The position numbers and the translations under genes are program-made. A stretch of DNA of 61,208 nucleotides from a virus. Lineage: Duplodnaviria > Caudoviricetes. The DNA is taken from positions 1 through 61,208 of the IMG/VR virus record IMGVR_UViG_3300010330_000002. One strand, written 5' to 3'. The notes below the pieces were generated by a model. The model was not told the origin of the DNA, made no database searches, and worked only from the letters and a program-made list of their open reading frames with translations. Of this stretch, positions 45,963-55,470 are shown piece after piece; the first letter of the stretch is position 1; each line of letters begins with the position of its first letter.

Positions 45963-46865
45963 ATGCCAATACCAGAAGCAGTGAAAAAACAAGCAGAAAA
46001 AGCTAAGGAGTTGGAGAAAGAGCTTTTGAGTAAAACCAAAGGCGATGACGATAACCCTGAACCTTCTCCAGAACCTGAGCCGCAGCCTGAACCCGAACCA
46101 AAACCCGAACCTGAGCCAACTCCAGAGCCTTCTCCTGATGTATGGGAGCAGAGATATAAAACTCTGCAAGGCAAATACAATACTGAGATAGGTAGATTGC
46201 AAGAATCTTTGAGAACATTGCAGGCCGAAAATGAGTTTTTGAAGGGTAAGCTGGCTACGTTGGAAGAGATGGTACAATCTCAGCCACAACCGGCCCCGCC
46301 CGCTCCTTCTCAAGAAGACCCTCTTGCTGTTATTAAAGATACCCTTCCAGAAGTTTATGACGCTCTTATTAAATATACTTCTCAGTTTGTACGTAAAGAC
46401 GAAATTCCGAACATAGAGGAAACAGTAAATAGTAAAGTTCAGCCTATTGTTCAGACTACGTTTAAGACTACTTTGACAAGTCTTGTGCCTGATTGGGAGA
46501 TACTGAACACTGACCAGGATTTTATTGACTGGCTTCAGCGTCCAGCCCCCTATACAGACAAGACTTTGCACGAATTAATGCTAGAATATTTTAACCAGGG
46601 AGACGCACACAAAGTAGCTCAATTCTTTCTTGATTATAAGAAAGAAAAGCAAGCGTCTTCCCAACCTAGCCCGCCCTCGACAAGTGTTGCACCTCCGAGG
46701 AGACAGGCTGCCGTTTCTCAACCGCAAAGTCCCAGACCAATAAGGCGGGACGAAATCGTTCAGTTTTATAGGGACTCTGCATTAGGCAGATATTCTCCAG
46801 AACAAAAAGCTCAAATGGAAGCCGAGATTATGAAGGCTATCCGAGAAAATCGAGTAATCGACTAG
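45963..46865 (+). CDS. Capsid scaffolding protein
   Basis: PE repeats, WEQRYKTLQGKYN coiled coil, VPDW; directly upstream of the capsid gene. Confidence 0.85.
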   Translation: MPIPEAVKKQAEKAKELEKELLSKTKGDDDNPEPSPEPEPQPEPEPKPEPEPTPEPSPDVWEQRYKTLQGKYNTEIGRLQESLRTLQAENEFLKGKLATLEEMVQSQPQPAPPAPSQEDPLAVIKDTLPEVYDALIKYTSQFVRKDEIPNIEETVNSKVQPIVQTTFKTTLTSLVPDWEILNTDQDFIDWLQRPAPYTDKTLHELMLEYFNQGDAHKVAQFFLDYKKEKQASSQPSPPSTSVAPPRRQAAVSQPQSPRPIRRDEIVQFYRDSALGRYSPEQKAQMEAEIMKAIRENRVID

Positions 46866-46875
46866 GAGGTCAACC

Positions 46876-47796
46876 ATGCCCGTTGCAAAAGTACCAGGAT
46901 ACCCTGATTATAATGCGACTAAAAACATTCCTGTAATCTTTGCAGGTAAAACCCTTGAAAAATTTTATGCAGCCAGTACGGTTGCGAACATTTCGTCTGT
47001 AGACTATGTAGGCGAAGTGCGTGAGCAAGGCGATACGGTATATATCAGGACCGTTCCGAACATTACGATCAAAGAGTATCGTAAAGGCCAAAAGCTTGAA
47101 CTGGAATACCCTGAAAGCCCGTATGTTGAGTTTAGTATTAACAAAGCAAAATACTACAATTTTGCATTGGATGAGATCGACATCAAGCAGTTTGATCTCA
47201 AAATGATGGATAAGTATGCGGACGATGCCGCTGAACAGTTGAAGATAACCCAGGATACAGAAGTATTCGCCACAATTTATGCAGATGTGGACGATGCCAA
47301 CCAGGGAAGCTCTGCTGGAGCCAGAACTGGGAAATTTAACCTGGGCGAAACTGGCTCTCCTATTACTCTGACAAAAGACAGTATCCTAGACTACATTGTC
47401 GATTGCGGAGTGGTTTTGGATGAGCAAAATAGGCCTTCTACTGATAGGTTTATGGTTATGCCTCCGCATATTGCAGGTATGATCAAGAAATCTGATCTAA
47501 GAAACGCCTCGATTACAGGGGATGGAAAATCTATCCTTCGTAGCGGTTATATCGGAGATATTGATAGGTTTCATATTTATATCTCTAACTTACTGCCCAT
47601 CGTAGATGACGGCGGCTCTGATTGTACCTATATTTACTTTGGGCACAAATCGGCTTTGGTATTCGTTACCCAACTAACCAGAGAAGAAACCTATAGGCCA
47701 CAAGACACGTTTGCGGAGGCCATGAAGGGTCTAGTCGTTTATGACTTTGACGTTATTCAACCTGCAAGTCTTGGCGTTCTGTACGCTCTAGTCTAA
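46876..47796 (+). CDS. Major capsid protein (P22-coat-like, HK97 fold)
   Basis: DYVGEV..GDTVYI, G.IG.IDRF.IY.SN, GLVVY. Confidence 0.9.
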   Translation: MPVAKVPGYPDYNATKNIPVIFAGKTLEKFYAASTVANISSVDYVGEVREQGDTVYIRTVPNITIKEYRKGQKLELEYPESPYVEFSINKAKYYNFALDEIDIKQFDLKMMDKYADDAAEQLKITQDTEVFATIYADVDDANQGSSAGARTGKFNLGETGSPITLTKDSILDYIVDCGVVLDEQNRPSTDRFMVMPPHIAGMIKKSDLRNASITGDGKSILRSGYIGDIDRFHIYISNLLPIVDDGGSDCTYIYFGHKSALVFVTQLTREETYRPQDTFAEAMKGLVVYDFDVIQPASLGVLYALV

Positions 47797-47812
47797 TAAG
47801 GAGGTGTAACCA

Positions 47813-48250
47813 ATGGCTGTAGTCAATGGACTTGGTGGTCATACCGCAGAAGTTCCCTTTAAGGGAGCAGGTGCGGCGTTTATATTGGAAAATACTATTG
47901 ATTTAGACGCATTGAACGTAAGTAGCGGGGATACAGTGCAAGCCCTTCCTGTCAAAGAAGGAATGAGAATACCTATTGTTGAAACAGAAATTGTAACCCC
48001 TTCTGACGCTGCCACTTCAGCTACGGCTGATATTGGGGATGGCGATGATGCTGATGGGTTTGATGCTGCCGTGGACCTCAAAGCAAGTGCGGGTACTATA
48101 GTATGCACTGCTATAGGCACGGATGCTTATGGCGCATCTGGGAAACGCTATACAGGCTCAGACACCATTGATATTACCGTTACTTATTCTGGCGCTGTTA
48201 CTGTAAAAGGTAAGGTAAAAATCCGAGCACTTGGATTTAAATTTGAATAG
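47813..48250 (+). CDS. Capsid decoration protein
   Basis: Follows MCP; DIGDG.DADGF, YT..DTID. Confidence 0.7.
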   Translation: MAVVNGLGGHTAEVPFKGAGAAFILENTIDLDALNVSSGDTVQALPVKEGMRIPIVETEIVTPSDAATSATADIGDGDDADGFDAAVDLKASAGTIVCTAIGTDAYGASGKRYTGSDTIDITVTYSGAVTVKGKVKIRALGFKFE

Positions 48251-48260
48251 TCTGATTATA

Positions 48261-48281
48261 AGGGGGCCTTGTGCCCCCTTT
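48261..48281 (+). terminator. Probable terminator after the capsid genes
   Basis: AGGGGG..CCCCCT hairpin, short T-run. Confidence 0.45.
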
Positions 48282-48297
48282 GGTAATGGAGGGTGAA

Positions 48298-48468
48298 ATG
48301 CGTTTACTGAAACAAGTAACTACTGGGCGTGTTTATGCCTACACTGAAGCTTTGGCCAAAAGGAAAGATATGGTGCTCTTAGAGCCAAAGAAGAAGGTTA
48401 AAAAAAGGATAAAAAAAGACAAAGAACCTGTGGATTTGATAGGACCAGAAGGCGATGAACAGAAGTGA
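48298..48468 (+). CDS. Small hypothetical protein
   Basis: GGAGG RBS. Confidence 0.6.
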   Translation: MRLLKQVTTGRVYAYTEALAKRKDMVLLEPKKKVKKRIKKDKEPVDLIGPEGDEQK

Positions 48469-49075
48469 GCTTGTCCAAAGAGTAAGGCAGCTTTTGTTTG
48501 ACACAGAAGTTCCTTACTTGTGGGAAGACCCTGATCTCGAATTTTATTACTATCTTTCTGTAAGGGAGATGTGCCGCCGCACTCTCCTTTACAGGGAGAC
48601 CTTTGATCCTATTCTTTCTGTAGCAAATCAGTATTTGTATAACTATCCTGATAGGCTATTGTTGCCTCTGAGCATTACTTATAATGGAAATGATTTGACT
48701 AAAGTCGATTATGACAGAATAAAATCTGTAAGAGGTACTGTGGGGACAGTCAAATATTATTGTTTGGATTATGCCCCGAAACAAATTGTCTTACATATGA
48801 CCCCCGAAGAAGATGATAAAGAGATTGTTATCTACGGGGCGGCTGTTCCTGATTCTTCTCATATTCAAACAGCTATTCCTGATGAATATACTGATTACTT
48901 GCTTTATGGGATGTTAATGTTTGCTTTTCAAAAAGCTGATTCAGAAACAGTTAGTCCTTTTGCATCCAAATACGAGACTCTTTGGAATGCGTACATCGAA
49001 AAGATTAACAGAGAATTAGATAGGAACAAGTATGTTCCAACATCACAAACTTACACACATCCTGGGTTGCTGTGA
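48455..49075 (+). CDS. Head-tail adaptor / tail tubular protein
   Basis: VR.LL.D...PYLW.D..L; position after the capsid genes. Confidence 0.7.
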   Translation: MNRSELVQRVRQLLFDTEVPYLWEDPDLEFYYYLSVREMCRRTLLYRETFDPILSVANQYLYNYPDRLLLPLSITYNGNDLTKVDYDRIKSVRGTVGTVKYYCLDYAPKQIVLHMTPEEDDKEIVIYGAAVPDSSHIQTAIPDEYTDYLLYGMLMFAFQKADSETVSPFASKYETLWNAYIEKINRELDRNKYVPTSQTYTHPGLL

Positions 49076-49773
49076 AACCTATATTTCAGACAGAATTGTT
49101 TTTAGGAGAGATACGAACTCCTCCTAAGTTTGTAGCGGTGTCTAAAAAGACTCCGCTTCCCCTCTTGATTAACGGCTTACCTACCGATTCGGGTTCTCTT
49201 AAAACTCAAGCATTAACTGGATTAGAATTTATCGGAGAAGCGCACCCTCCCCCATTGTCTATTCAATTTACTTCTTTAGGGAGAGAGTGGAGGGCAGAAG
49301 GTAATAGGCTTTATTACAGTCCTCCTTTTACTTCTCTTCGTATTGATGGCGGCGAACATTATGAGGACGATTCAATTCGACCTATTACTTTTAAACAACT
49401 AATTACTGCTGTGAGCGTAAGTCCTTCGTCTGTAGTATGTAAATGGGCGGTGTACATTTCTACTACAGAAGCTGTTTATGTGATAAGATTTCAGGGAACA
49501 AAACCAGTCATACAAAAAGTAGTTAGTGCTCCTGCGCTTGGGTCGATAGGAGTAGGAGTTTTGGCTCGGCCTGCATCAGATGAACTTCCTTCTGGAACTC
49601 AAATTGTAGTTATTCCTACTCATAAAGGAATATTCCTGGCTACAGAAACAGGATTATTGCCTTTAACTGAGTCTCACCCAAATGCATTGGAGCATTTTGA
49701 CTATGTACATATCGCTTTAGTATCAAATGATTATGGCCAGTATTTAGTGTTTTTAGATGCGTTAAAGAAGTGA
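49072..49773 (+). CDS. Putative tail protein
   Basis: Structural-operon context. Confidence 0.55.
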   Translation: MKPIFQTELFLGEIRTPPKFVAVSKKTPLPLLINGLPTDSGSLKTQALTGLEFIGEAHPPPLSIQFTSLGREWRAEGNRLYYSPPFTSLRIDGGEHYEDDSIRPITFKQLITAVSVSPSSVVCKWAVYISTTEAVYVIRFQGTKPVIQKVVSAPALGSIGVGVLARPASDELPSGTQIVVIPTHKGIFLATETGLLPLTESHPNALEHFDYVHIALVSNDYGQYLVFLDALKK

Positions 49774-49801
49774 AAACGTTTTCATTTTTGGAGGTAAGTA
49801 A

Positions 49802-50605
49802 ATGGGAAATGTAAAGATTTCAACTGGTTTAGCAAAAGCTTTGGCGGTTGGGGATAATCTCAAAAGTTTATTAACTGATTGTGTTTTACAGATATTTAGC
49901 GGGTCTGTGCCCAATTCTGCTGATGATGCAGAAACGGGAACTTTGCTAGTTACGATTACTACAGATGGCAATAGCTGGTCTGCTAGTGAAAAGCAAGTGT
50001 TCTCTTTTAGTGTAACTGCTGTAGGCGATAACGGGGACACTCTTACCGTAACTATCAGTCCTGTAAATCCTTCAGGTAGTAACGAGGTTATCCAATATAC
50101 TAAATCTGCGTCCGAAACCACGGTTAATGAAGTAGCCAAAGCAGTAGTTGATTTGATCAATTCTAATTCTGATCTTACCAGGGCCGTAGTAGGCTCTAAC
50201 GGAGAAGTCATTTTGCAATCCAGATATGCAGGGGATAGTTTTTCTGTAACTGCTGTGGGGAGTGGAAGTTTGACTGTAAGTGCAGTATTCGAACTGGTTG
50301 CTAATGTAAGAGGCAATGGTCTCCATTTCGAATCTCCGCAAAACATAGACGCTGGCGTTCTACAAAAGACTGATGAGACGTGGAAAGGAACTGTAGCAGC
50401 GTCGGGCACAGCTTCTTATTTTAGACTGAAGTCTAATGGTGACGCTGGAGGACAGGATAGTTCTGGTGAGTACAAAAGAGTGCAAGGCACAGTAGGTACT
50501 TTATCTGACTCGCCATTGCAATTGTCTGGAAGCTCGACATTAACCCAGGATACTACAATAACCATAGGGTCTTTTTCTATACAGGTTCCCTTGGCTAATG
50601 TTTAA
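49802..50605 (+). CDS. Virion structural protein, paralog of 52312-53163
   Basis: STGL, SG..P.SADDA.TGT.LV.IT, W.G...ASGTA..FRL. Confidence 0.7.
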   Translation: MGNVKISTGLAKALAVGDNLKSLLTDCVLQIFSGSVPNSADDAETGTLLVTITTDGNSWSASEKQVFSFSVTAVGDNGDTLTVTISPVNPSGSNEVIQYTKSASETTVNEVAKAVVDLINSNSDLTRAVVGSNGEVILQSRYAGDSFSVTAVGSGSLTVSAVFELVANVRGNGLHFESPQNIDAGVLQKTDETWKGTVAASGTASYFRLKSNGDAGGQDSSGEYKRVQGTVGTLSDSPLQLSGSSTLTQDTTITIGSFSIQVPLANV

Positions 50606-52301
50606 AAAGATTTTATTAGGTTCTAGCGCATACCAATATCTGCCTTTAGCTAGGCGTTTGTGGAATAAAATGCCCGAAGGTAAAAAGTCTTATAGGTTTC
50701 CTGGGGTGTATATCGACCTAGCTAAAGGTGCGGCAAATTATGTCCGTATACGAGCAGACGAAATCAAAAGAGACGCTATTTGTTTATATGCTACTTATAC
50801 CTACAATATCTGGGGCGAATATTCTGTGTCTATCTGGCGAGTAGATATGCGAGGTAATTTGGATATATTGACAATACCAGGTAAAAGCATAACTACTCTT
50901 GTAGGAATGGTTACAGATATTAAATGCGGTAGATTCAACCACGACAATCCGTCAGAATTTATTTTGTGTATCCAAGACACGCCTCCTTCTCCTACTACAG
51001 TTAATTATGTGCCTGGTAAATACAGACCTTGTTTAACAGACAGCGAAAGCAAAGCTAATCAAAGGTTTTTTAAAATATCCGTTGATTTTGATTCTATGCG
51101 TATTACTTGTGATTTAATAAAAACTATTCAGTATTATAATTATTATCGTCAATCTGATCTATCTTCGGATTGTAACGTTTATTATCTGCCTGGGTCTTGG
51201 GAACTTAGGTGGCACTACCAAAGAGGCTCTGGTATTGAAGAGTATTTTAAAGACTCTATTTTAGATATGTTTGTAGACAATAGTGGTATTCGAAGGTTGT
51301 TGGAAGCAACTAAATATAAATATACGTGGAAACCTTGTGGTTTGTGGAATATGGATACGCAATCCAGCCCTCCTCCAGAATCTAAAAGAGGGCACGAAAC
51401 TATATTTACTAGGGTTTATTTTGAAGGTGGGGATGACGGTTTTGTATTAGAAGATACAGATAGAGAAAAATACACATATAAGGTCTTTACTGGGACTCAG
51501 TATAAATTTGGAGAAAAATTTATTGAATCTAGTAATTATTTAGTTGATGTTGTTGGTTGCAAGATTATTAATTCCCAAGATTTTATTTATGCCAAAAACG
51601 ATGCAAATGACAAAGCCCATGTAGAAATCGGGGCAACTGGGCATGGAAAATTTGTTGAATTAATTATTCCCTATGTTCCTGCTTTAGGAACTAGATCAGG
51701 AAACAGGCCAATTTATCCGAGTATAACTCTATTAAAAGATCGGGGTATTTCTACTACTATTAACGCTCGATTTATTGAAACTTTTTCGTGGGGGCGCAAT
51801 GATTTTTCTTCCTATACTCTTTGGATTGGCAGTTATGCTGACCCCTTGAAAGGAAATAGTTCTATTTTCGAGAACAATAATACTTTTTTAACAGGATTTC
51901 CTAATCCTTTTAAAGAAGATCAATATCTTGGAGTGTGGTATAGCGATGCTCCTGATTTTGGATATGGCGGGTTAGGCTGGTCTTATCCTCCTATTTGGGA
52001 TGGGTTTTTCACGTTACCTTTTTCTAGTTGGGACGGAGATTTAAAAGGCTGGCAAGATGTTAAGCCTGTTGAAATAAAAGATTATGCGCTTTCGTTGCCT
52101 AATCATTATTTCAATAATTTTATTATCATTCCTAAAATACTTTTTAGAGGTTTTTACATTAAAGGAGCAGAAGTGTTTGCTGATTATGGGGCCGATATTT
52201 TATTAGATGTAACTATTATCCAAACGAAGAATGATGAAATTTATGTAAATGGTGATGAAAAAACAAAATCTGTAGATAAAAACAGACTAAAACTAAAATA
52301 G
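50598..52301 (+). CDS. Putative tail / receptor-binding protein
   Basis: Large aromatic-rich beta protein in the tail region. Confidence 0.55.
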   Translation: MFKKILLGSSAYQYLPLARRLWNKMPEGKKSYRFPGVYIDLAKGAANYVRIRADEIKRDAICLYATYTYNIWGEYSVSIWRVDMRGNLDILTIPGKSITTLVGMVTDIKCGRFNHDNPSEFILCIQDTPPSPTTVNYVPGKYRPCLTDSESKANQRFFKISVDFDSMRITCDLIKTIQYYNYYRQSDLSSDCNVYYLPGSWELRWHYQRGSGIEEYFKDSILDMFVDNSGIRRLLEATKYKYTWKPCGLWNMDTQSSPPPESKRGHETIFTRVYFEGGDDGFVLEDTDREKYTYKVFTGTQYKFGEKFIESSNYLVDVVGCKIINSQDFIYAKNDANDKAHVEIGATGHGKFVELIIPYVPALGTRSGNRPIYPSITLLKDRGISTTINARFIETFSWGRNDFSSYTLWIGSYADPLKGNSSIFENNNTFLTGFPNPFKEDQYLGVWYSDAPDFGYGGLGWSYPPIWDGFFTLPFSSWDGDLKGWQDVKPVEIKDYALSLPNHYFNNFIIIPKILFRGFYIKGAEVFADYGADILLDVTIIQTKNDEIYVNGDEKTKSVDKNRLKLK

Positions 52302-52311
52302 GAGGAGAATT

Positions 52312-53163
52312 ATGGCTCTTAGGTTTTCTACTGGCTTAAAGAACATTTTGTTGGGATTAACCAGGGATTCGGTTGAGAATGGAAGTTTTACAGCCGATAC
52401 CAGTGGTTGGAGTGCGATAGACGCAACTTTGGCTTCTGTGTCTGGCGGGCAGGATGGTAATTGTTTGCAGATAACTAATAATACTTCTGCAAAAGGATAT
52501 GCTTACCAGGCCCAGCAGGTTAAAAATGGGCATAGATACATGCTTGAGTTGTACCATAAAAACGGTACTGGGCAAGGCTTTGTCAAAGTGGGAACTTCTG
52601 CAAACGATGGTACGTTTATCGACCAAGCTGCTCTGGACGATTCTGATTGGACTAAATACTATTTCCTAATAGAGAGCAATGTACAAGGGAGTATTTATGT
52701 AACTTTGGGCGTGGATGACGCCACTTCAGGGCATACCACTCTTTTTGATGAAGTCAAATTTACCTGGGAAGCTTCTTCTATTAAGGAAGTCTTTAAGAAT
52801 TCCAAGCTTATTATGTACACAGGTTCTCAACCTGCAAGTGCTGACGATGCTCCTATTGGCACTAAGTTAGTTGAAATTACTAAAAATGGTTCTGGCAACT
52901 TTGACTTGGTTTTTGATGAAGCAGAAGACGGTTCTATCAATAAAGTTCCCGCAGATAATTGGAGTGGCCAGGCTGTAGCTTCTGGAACTGCTGGTTGGTT
53001 TAGATTGATAGTTAACGGAGATAGTGAAGTATACAATACGGACGACCCCCGTATAGACGGGGCAATTGGTACTGCTAATGCGGAATTAGTAATGGCTGAT
53101 ACTAATATAACTGTGGATTCTGTTCAGACCATCTCTGTCTTCAGATTAAGTGTTTCTGTCTAA
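52312..53163 (+). CDS. Virion structural protein with carbohydrate-binding-like insert
   Basis: Paralog core plus NGSFTADTSGWS...YAYQ..FDEV galactose-binding-like insert. Confidence 0.7.
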   Translation: MALRFSTGLKNILLGLTRDSVENGSFTADTSGWSAIDATLASVSGGQDGNCLQITNNTSAKGYAYQAQQVKNGHRYMLELYHKNGTGQGFVKVGTSANDGTFIDQAALDDSDWTKYYFLIESNVQGSIYVTLGVDDATSGHTTLFDEVKFTWEASSIKEVFKNSKLIMYTGSQPASADDAPIGTKLVEITKNGSGNFDLVFDEAEDGSINKVPADNWSGQAVASGTAGWFRLIVNGDSEVYNTDDPRIDGAIGTANAELVMADTNITVDSVQTISVFRLSVSV

Positions 53164-53172
53164 GGAGAAATC

Positions 53173-55470
53173 ATGCCTCTTGTTGATCCTGTAACTTTTT
53201 CAGTTCAGAAATATTCTTCTCCGTCTAACAATCAAGGAGTATATTATAAAGACGGAGACGGTATTTTTGGTATTTCATCTGGGGACGGTATTATATGGAT
53301 ATCTAAAACAGATGAAGTAGGCAATAAGTTATGGGACGCTCCCGTTTTAGCTCCTGGGGCAAATTACTATGGGGGTGTAGTTCTTGTTACAGATGATAGA
53401 ATATATTTTCGAGACAGATCAAGCTCTCCTCAAAGAATAGTTTGGATTCCATATACATCTAATCCTATTCCAGATTATCCTCCTTTGACTACTGTTATTT
53501 CTTATGGTCCAGGTGCGCAAGATTTGCATGGGAGCAATAATGCTTGGTGGTGTGGTACTTTATACGGTACTCAATATATTTTTCATTGTGACAGAGGCGC
53601 TCATCGTATTGTCGTTACTGATTTAGACGGTAATTATATTGGAGAGTTTGGAACATATGGTTCTGGTTTAGGAGAATTGAATAGTCCTATTCAGGTGTGC
53701 GTTATTTATCCTGATATGGTAGGGGTAGTAGAGTACGGAAATAGGCGTGTGTCTTTTTGGGAAATTAAAAGTTGGTCTCCTTTTGTGGCTCAAATGGTAG
53801 TTGGTGGTGTAGAATCTTCCCAACTTATAAGCGAAGATTATTATCCTATTGGCGTTGCTGCTTGGAAAGATACTCAGTTGTATGTTATGGAGTACAAACC
53901 TAGTTATCTGGCGAGCATTTATGTGACAGAATTCAAAATAAACTCGGATTTATCGACTACAAAACAAGGAAGTTATTATTATAGTCATGATTCAAATACT
54001 GCTCTTTGTGCGTGGGCTGGTACATCCAAATTAGTTACTTCTTATAAAAGTAAAGAATGTAGAGTCTATGGTCTTCGTGTTATTGATAGTGGTCTTTCTG
54101 AAACTATGACTTTTGATATATACGCCATGATTTCTGGTGTGGGCGTAGATATTAATTTTGATTTAATCTCTGGGTCGCCTCAAGCTTTAATGGATGCACC
54201 ATTTGAAATAGATGCAGAGGCCAGAACTCAAATCAATGAATTTGATGAAAATTTCTTTTTTTCTCTTACAGCGAAAGCTGGCCCGTATAATATGATTTCT
54301 GAGTTTGGTTTTGATCTTGTTGCTGGAGAACACGGAATACGACAATCTTTTGGTTTTGAGTTATTTGCAGGACAAAATCATTTAGAAGATGCTTTTGGTT
54401 TTGAGCTTTATACTGAAACTTCAACAATAGAATTTTCTACCGTAGAAAGCTCTTTTGGATTTGAGCTTTTAGCAGGCGCTCCTTGTAGTGGCGGGTTGTC
54501 TCTGGAATTAGAAACTTTAGAATTACACAGCAAAGCTGCCGCTGACATTATAGGAACATGTCAGTTCTTACTTGAGTCTTTAGTAGTCGAAGCTTATGAA
54601 GGTCCGACGAGCGAATTAGTTCTTCCTGCTTTGGAAGTAGAAGCGTCTATTTCTGTACCTTCTACAGGGGTATCTCAACTGATATTGCCAGAGCTATCTG
54701 TGGTTGCTTCGGCATCTGTGCCTTCTGTAGCTTCTATGGTTTTAGAACTTGAAGGTTTGAGTGCCGAAGGACAAGCACTTATTCATGGACAGTTGAATGG
54801 AGCCGTAGTTCTTCCTTCTCTAGTTACCCAAGGAATTATGTCGATGGGAGCAGCTTCTGCTCAGATTTCGGCAGTTGTAAACAATTTAAAGGTAAATAGT
54901 TGGGGGGCAGTAGTACCGTCTATTACGGGTGCTTTGGTACTTCCTTCTTTGGCGGTATCATCGTCTCAAAGTATACAGCTTTATAGTATTTCTGAACTTT
55001 ACGATGGCAATTCTCTAATACATATACCAGGTGCAGATTATTACCAAATTGATTTGAGTTCTTTTTCTGATTTGGAAGAAAATTTATTTGATGTCCAGGG
55101 CCTAGCAATAAACCTTGGCACTAAGGCAGTCACAAAATTAGGACATCCTGCTACGTATAATGTCATTGATCTTGGTTATCTCGATGTTCATAAAGTAGCA
55201 GTGATGGATTATTTGATTGTATATTTGTATGGAGATATGTCTACTGAGGAGGACTCGGTTGGGCAGCTTGTCATAGGAGACTATTCATATGAAATAAAAC
55301 GCTGGGTTACTAATGGGGAATGGAGAGTTGTAATAGGTAAAGGGCTGACCAAGCAGTCGTTCAGAGGCCCTAGCGTTAGGTATCAACGAATTTTGTTACA
55401 GTTAAAAGATGGTTTTGAACTTAAAGGCATTACTATTTTAGCTACTCCAAATCCACGGAGACTGCGTTAA
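53173..55470 (+). CDS. Tail protein with NHL-repeat beta-propeller and repetitive stalk
   Basis: GEFGTYGSGLGELNSP..EYGNRRV; FGFEL and LxLPxL repeats. Confidence 0.7.
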   Translation: MPLVDPVTFSVQKYSSPSNNQGVYYKDGDGIFGISSGDGIIWISKTDEVGNKLWDAPVLAPGANYYGGVVLVTDDRIYFRDRSSSPQRIVWIPYTSNPIPDYPPLTTVISYGPGAQDLHGSNNAWWCGTLYGTQYIFHCDRGAHRIVVTDLDGNYIGEFGTYGSGLGELNSPIQVCVIYPDMVGVVEYGNRRVSFWEIKSWSPFVAQMVVGGVESSQLISEDYYPIGVAAWKDTQLYVMEYKPSYLASIYVTEFKINSDLSTTKQGSYYYSHDSNTALCAWAGTSKLVTSYKSKECRVYGLRVIDSGLSETMTFDIYAMISGVGVDINFDLISGSPQALMDAPFEIDAEARTQINEFDENFFFSLTAKAGPYNMISEFGFDLVAGEHGIRQSFGFELFAGQNHLEDAFGFELYTETSTIEFSTVESSFGFELLAGAPCSGGLSLELETLELHSKAAADIIGTCQFLLESLVVEAYEGPTSELVLPALEVEASISVPSTGVSQLILPELSVVASASVPSVASMVLELEGLSAEGQALIHGQLNGAVVLPSLVTQGIMSMGAASAQISAVVNNLKVNSWGAVVPSITGALVLPSLAVSSSQSIQLYSISELYDGNSLIHIPGADYYQIDLSSFSDLEENLFDVQGLAINLGTKAVTKLGHPATYNVIDLGYLDVHKVAVMDYLIVYLYGDMSTEEDSVGQLVIGDYSYEIKRWVTNGEWRVVIGKGLTKQSFRGPSVRYQRILLQLKDGFELKGITILATPNPRRLR

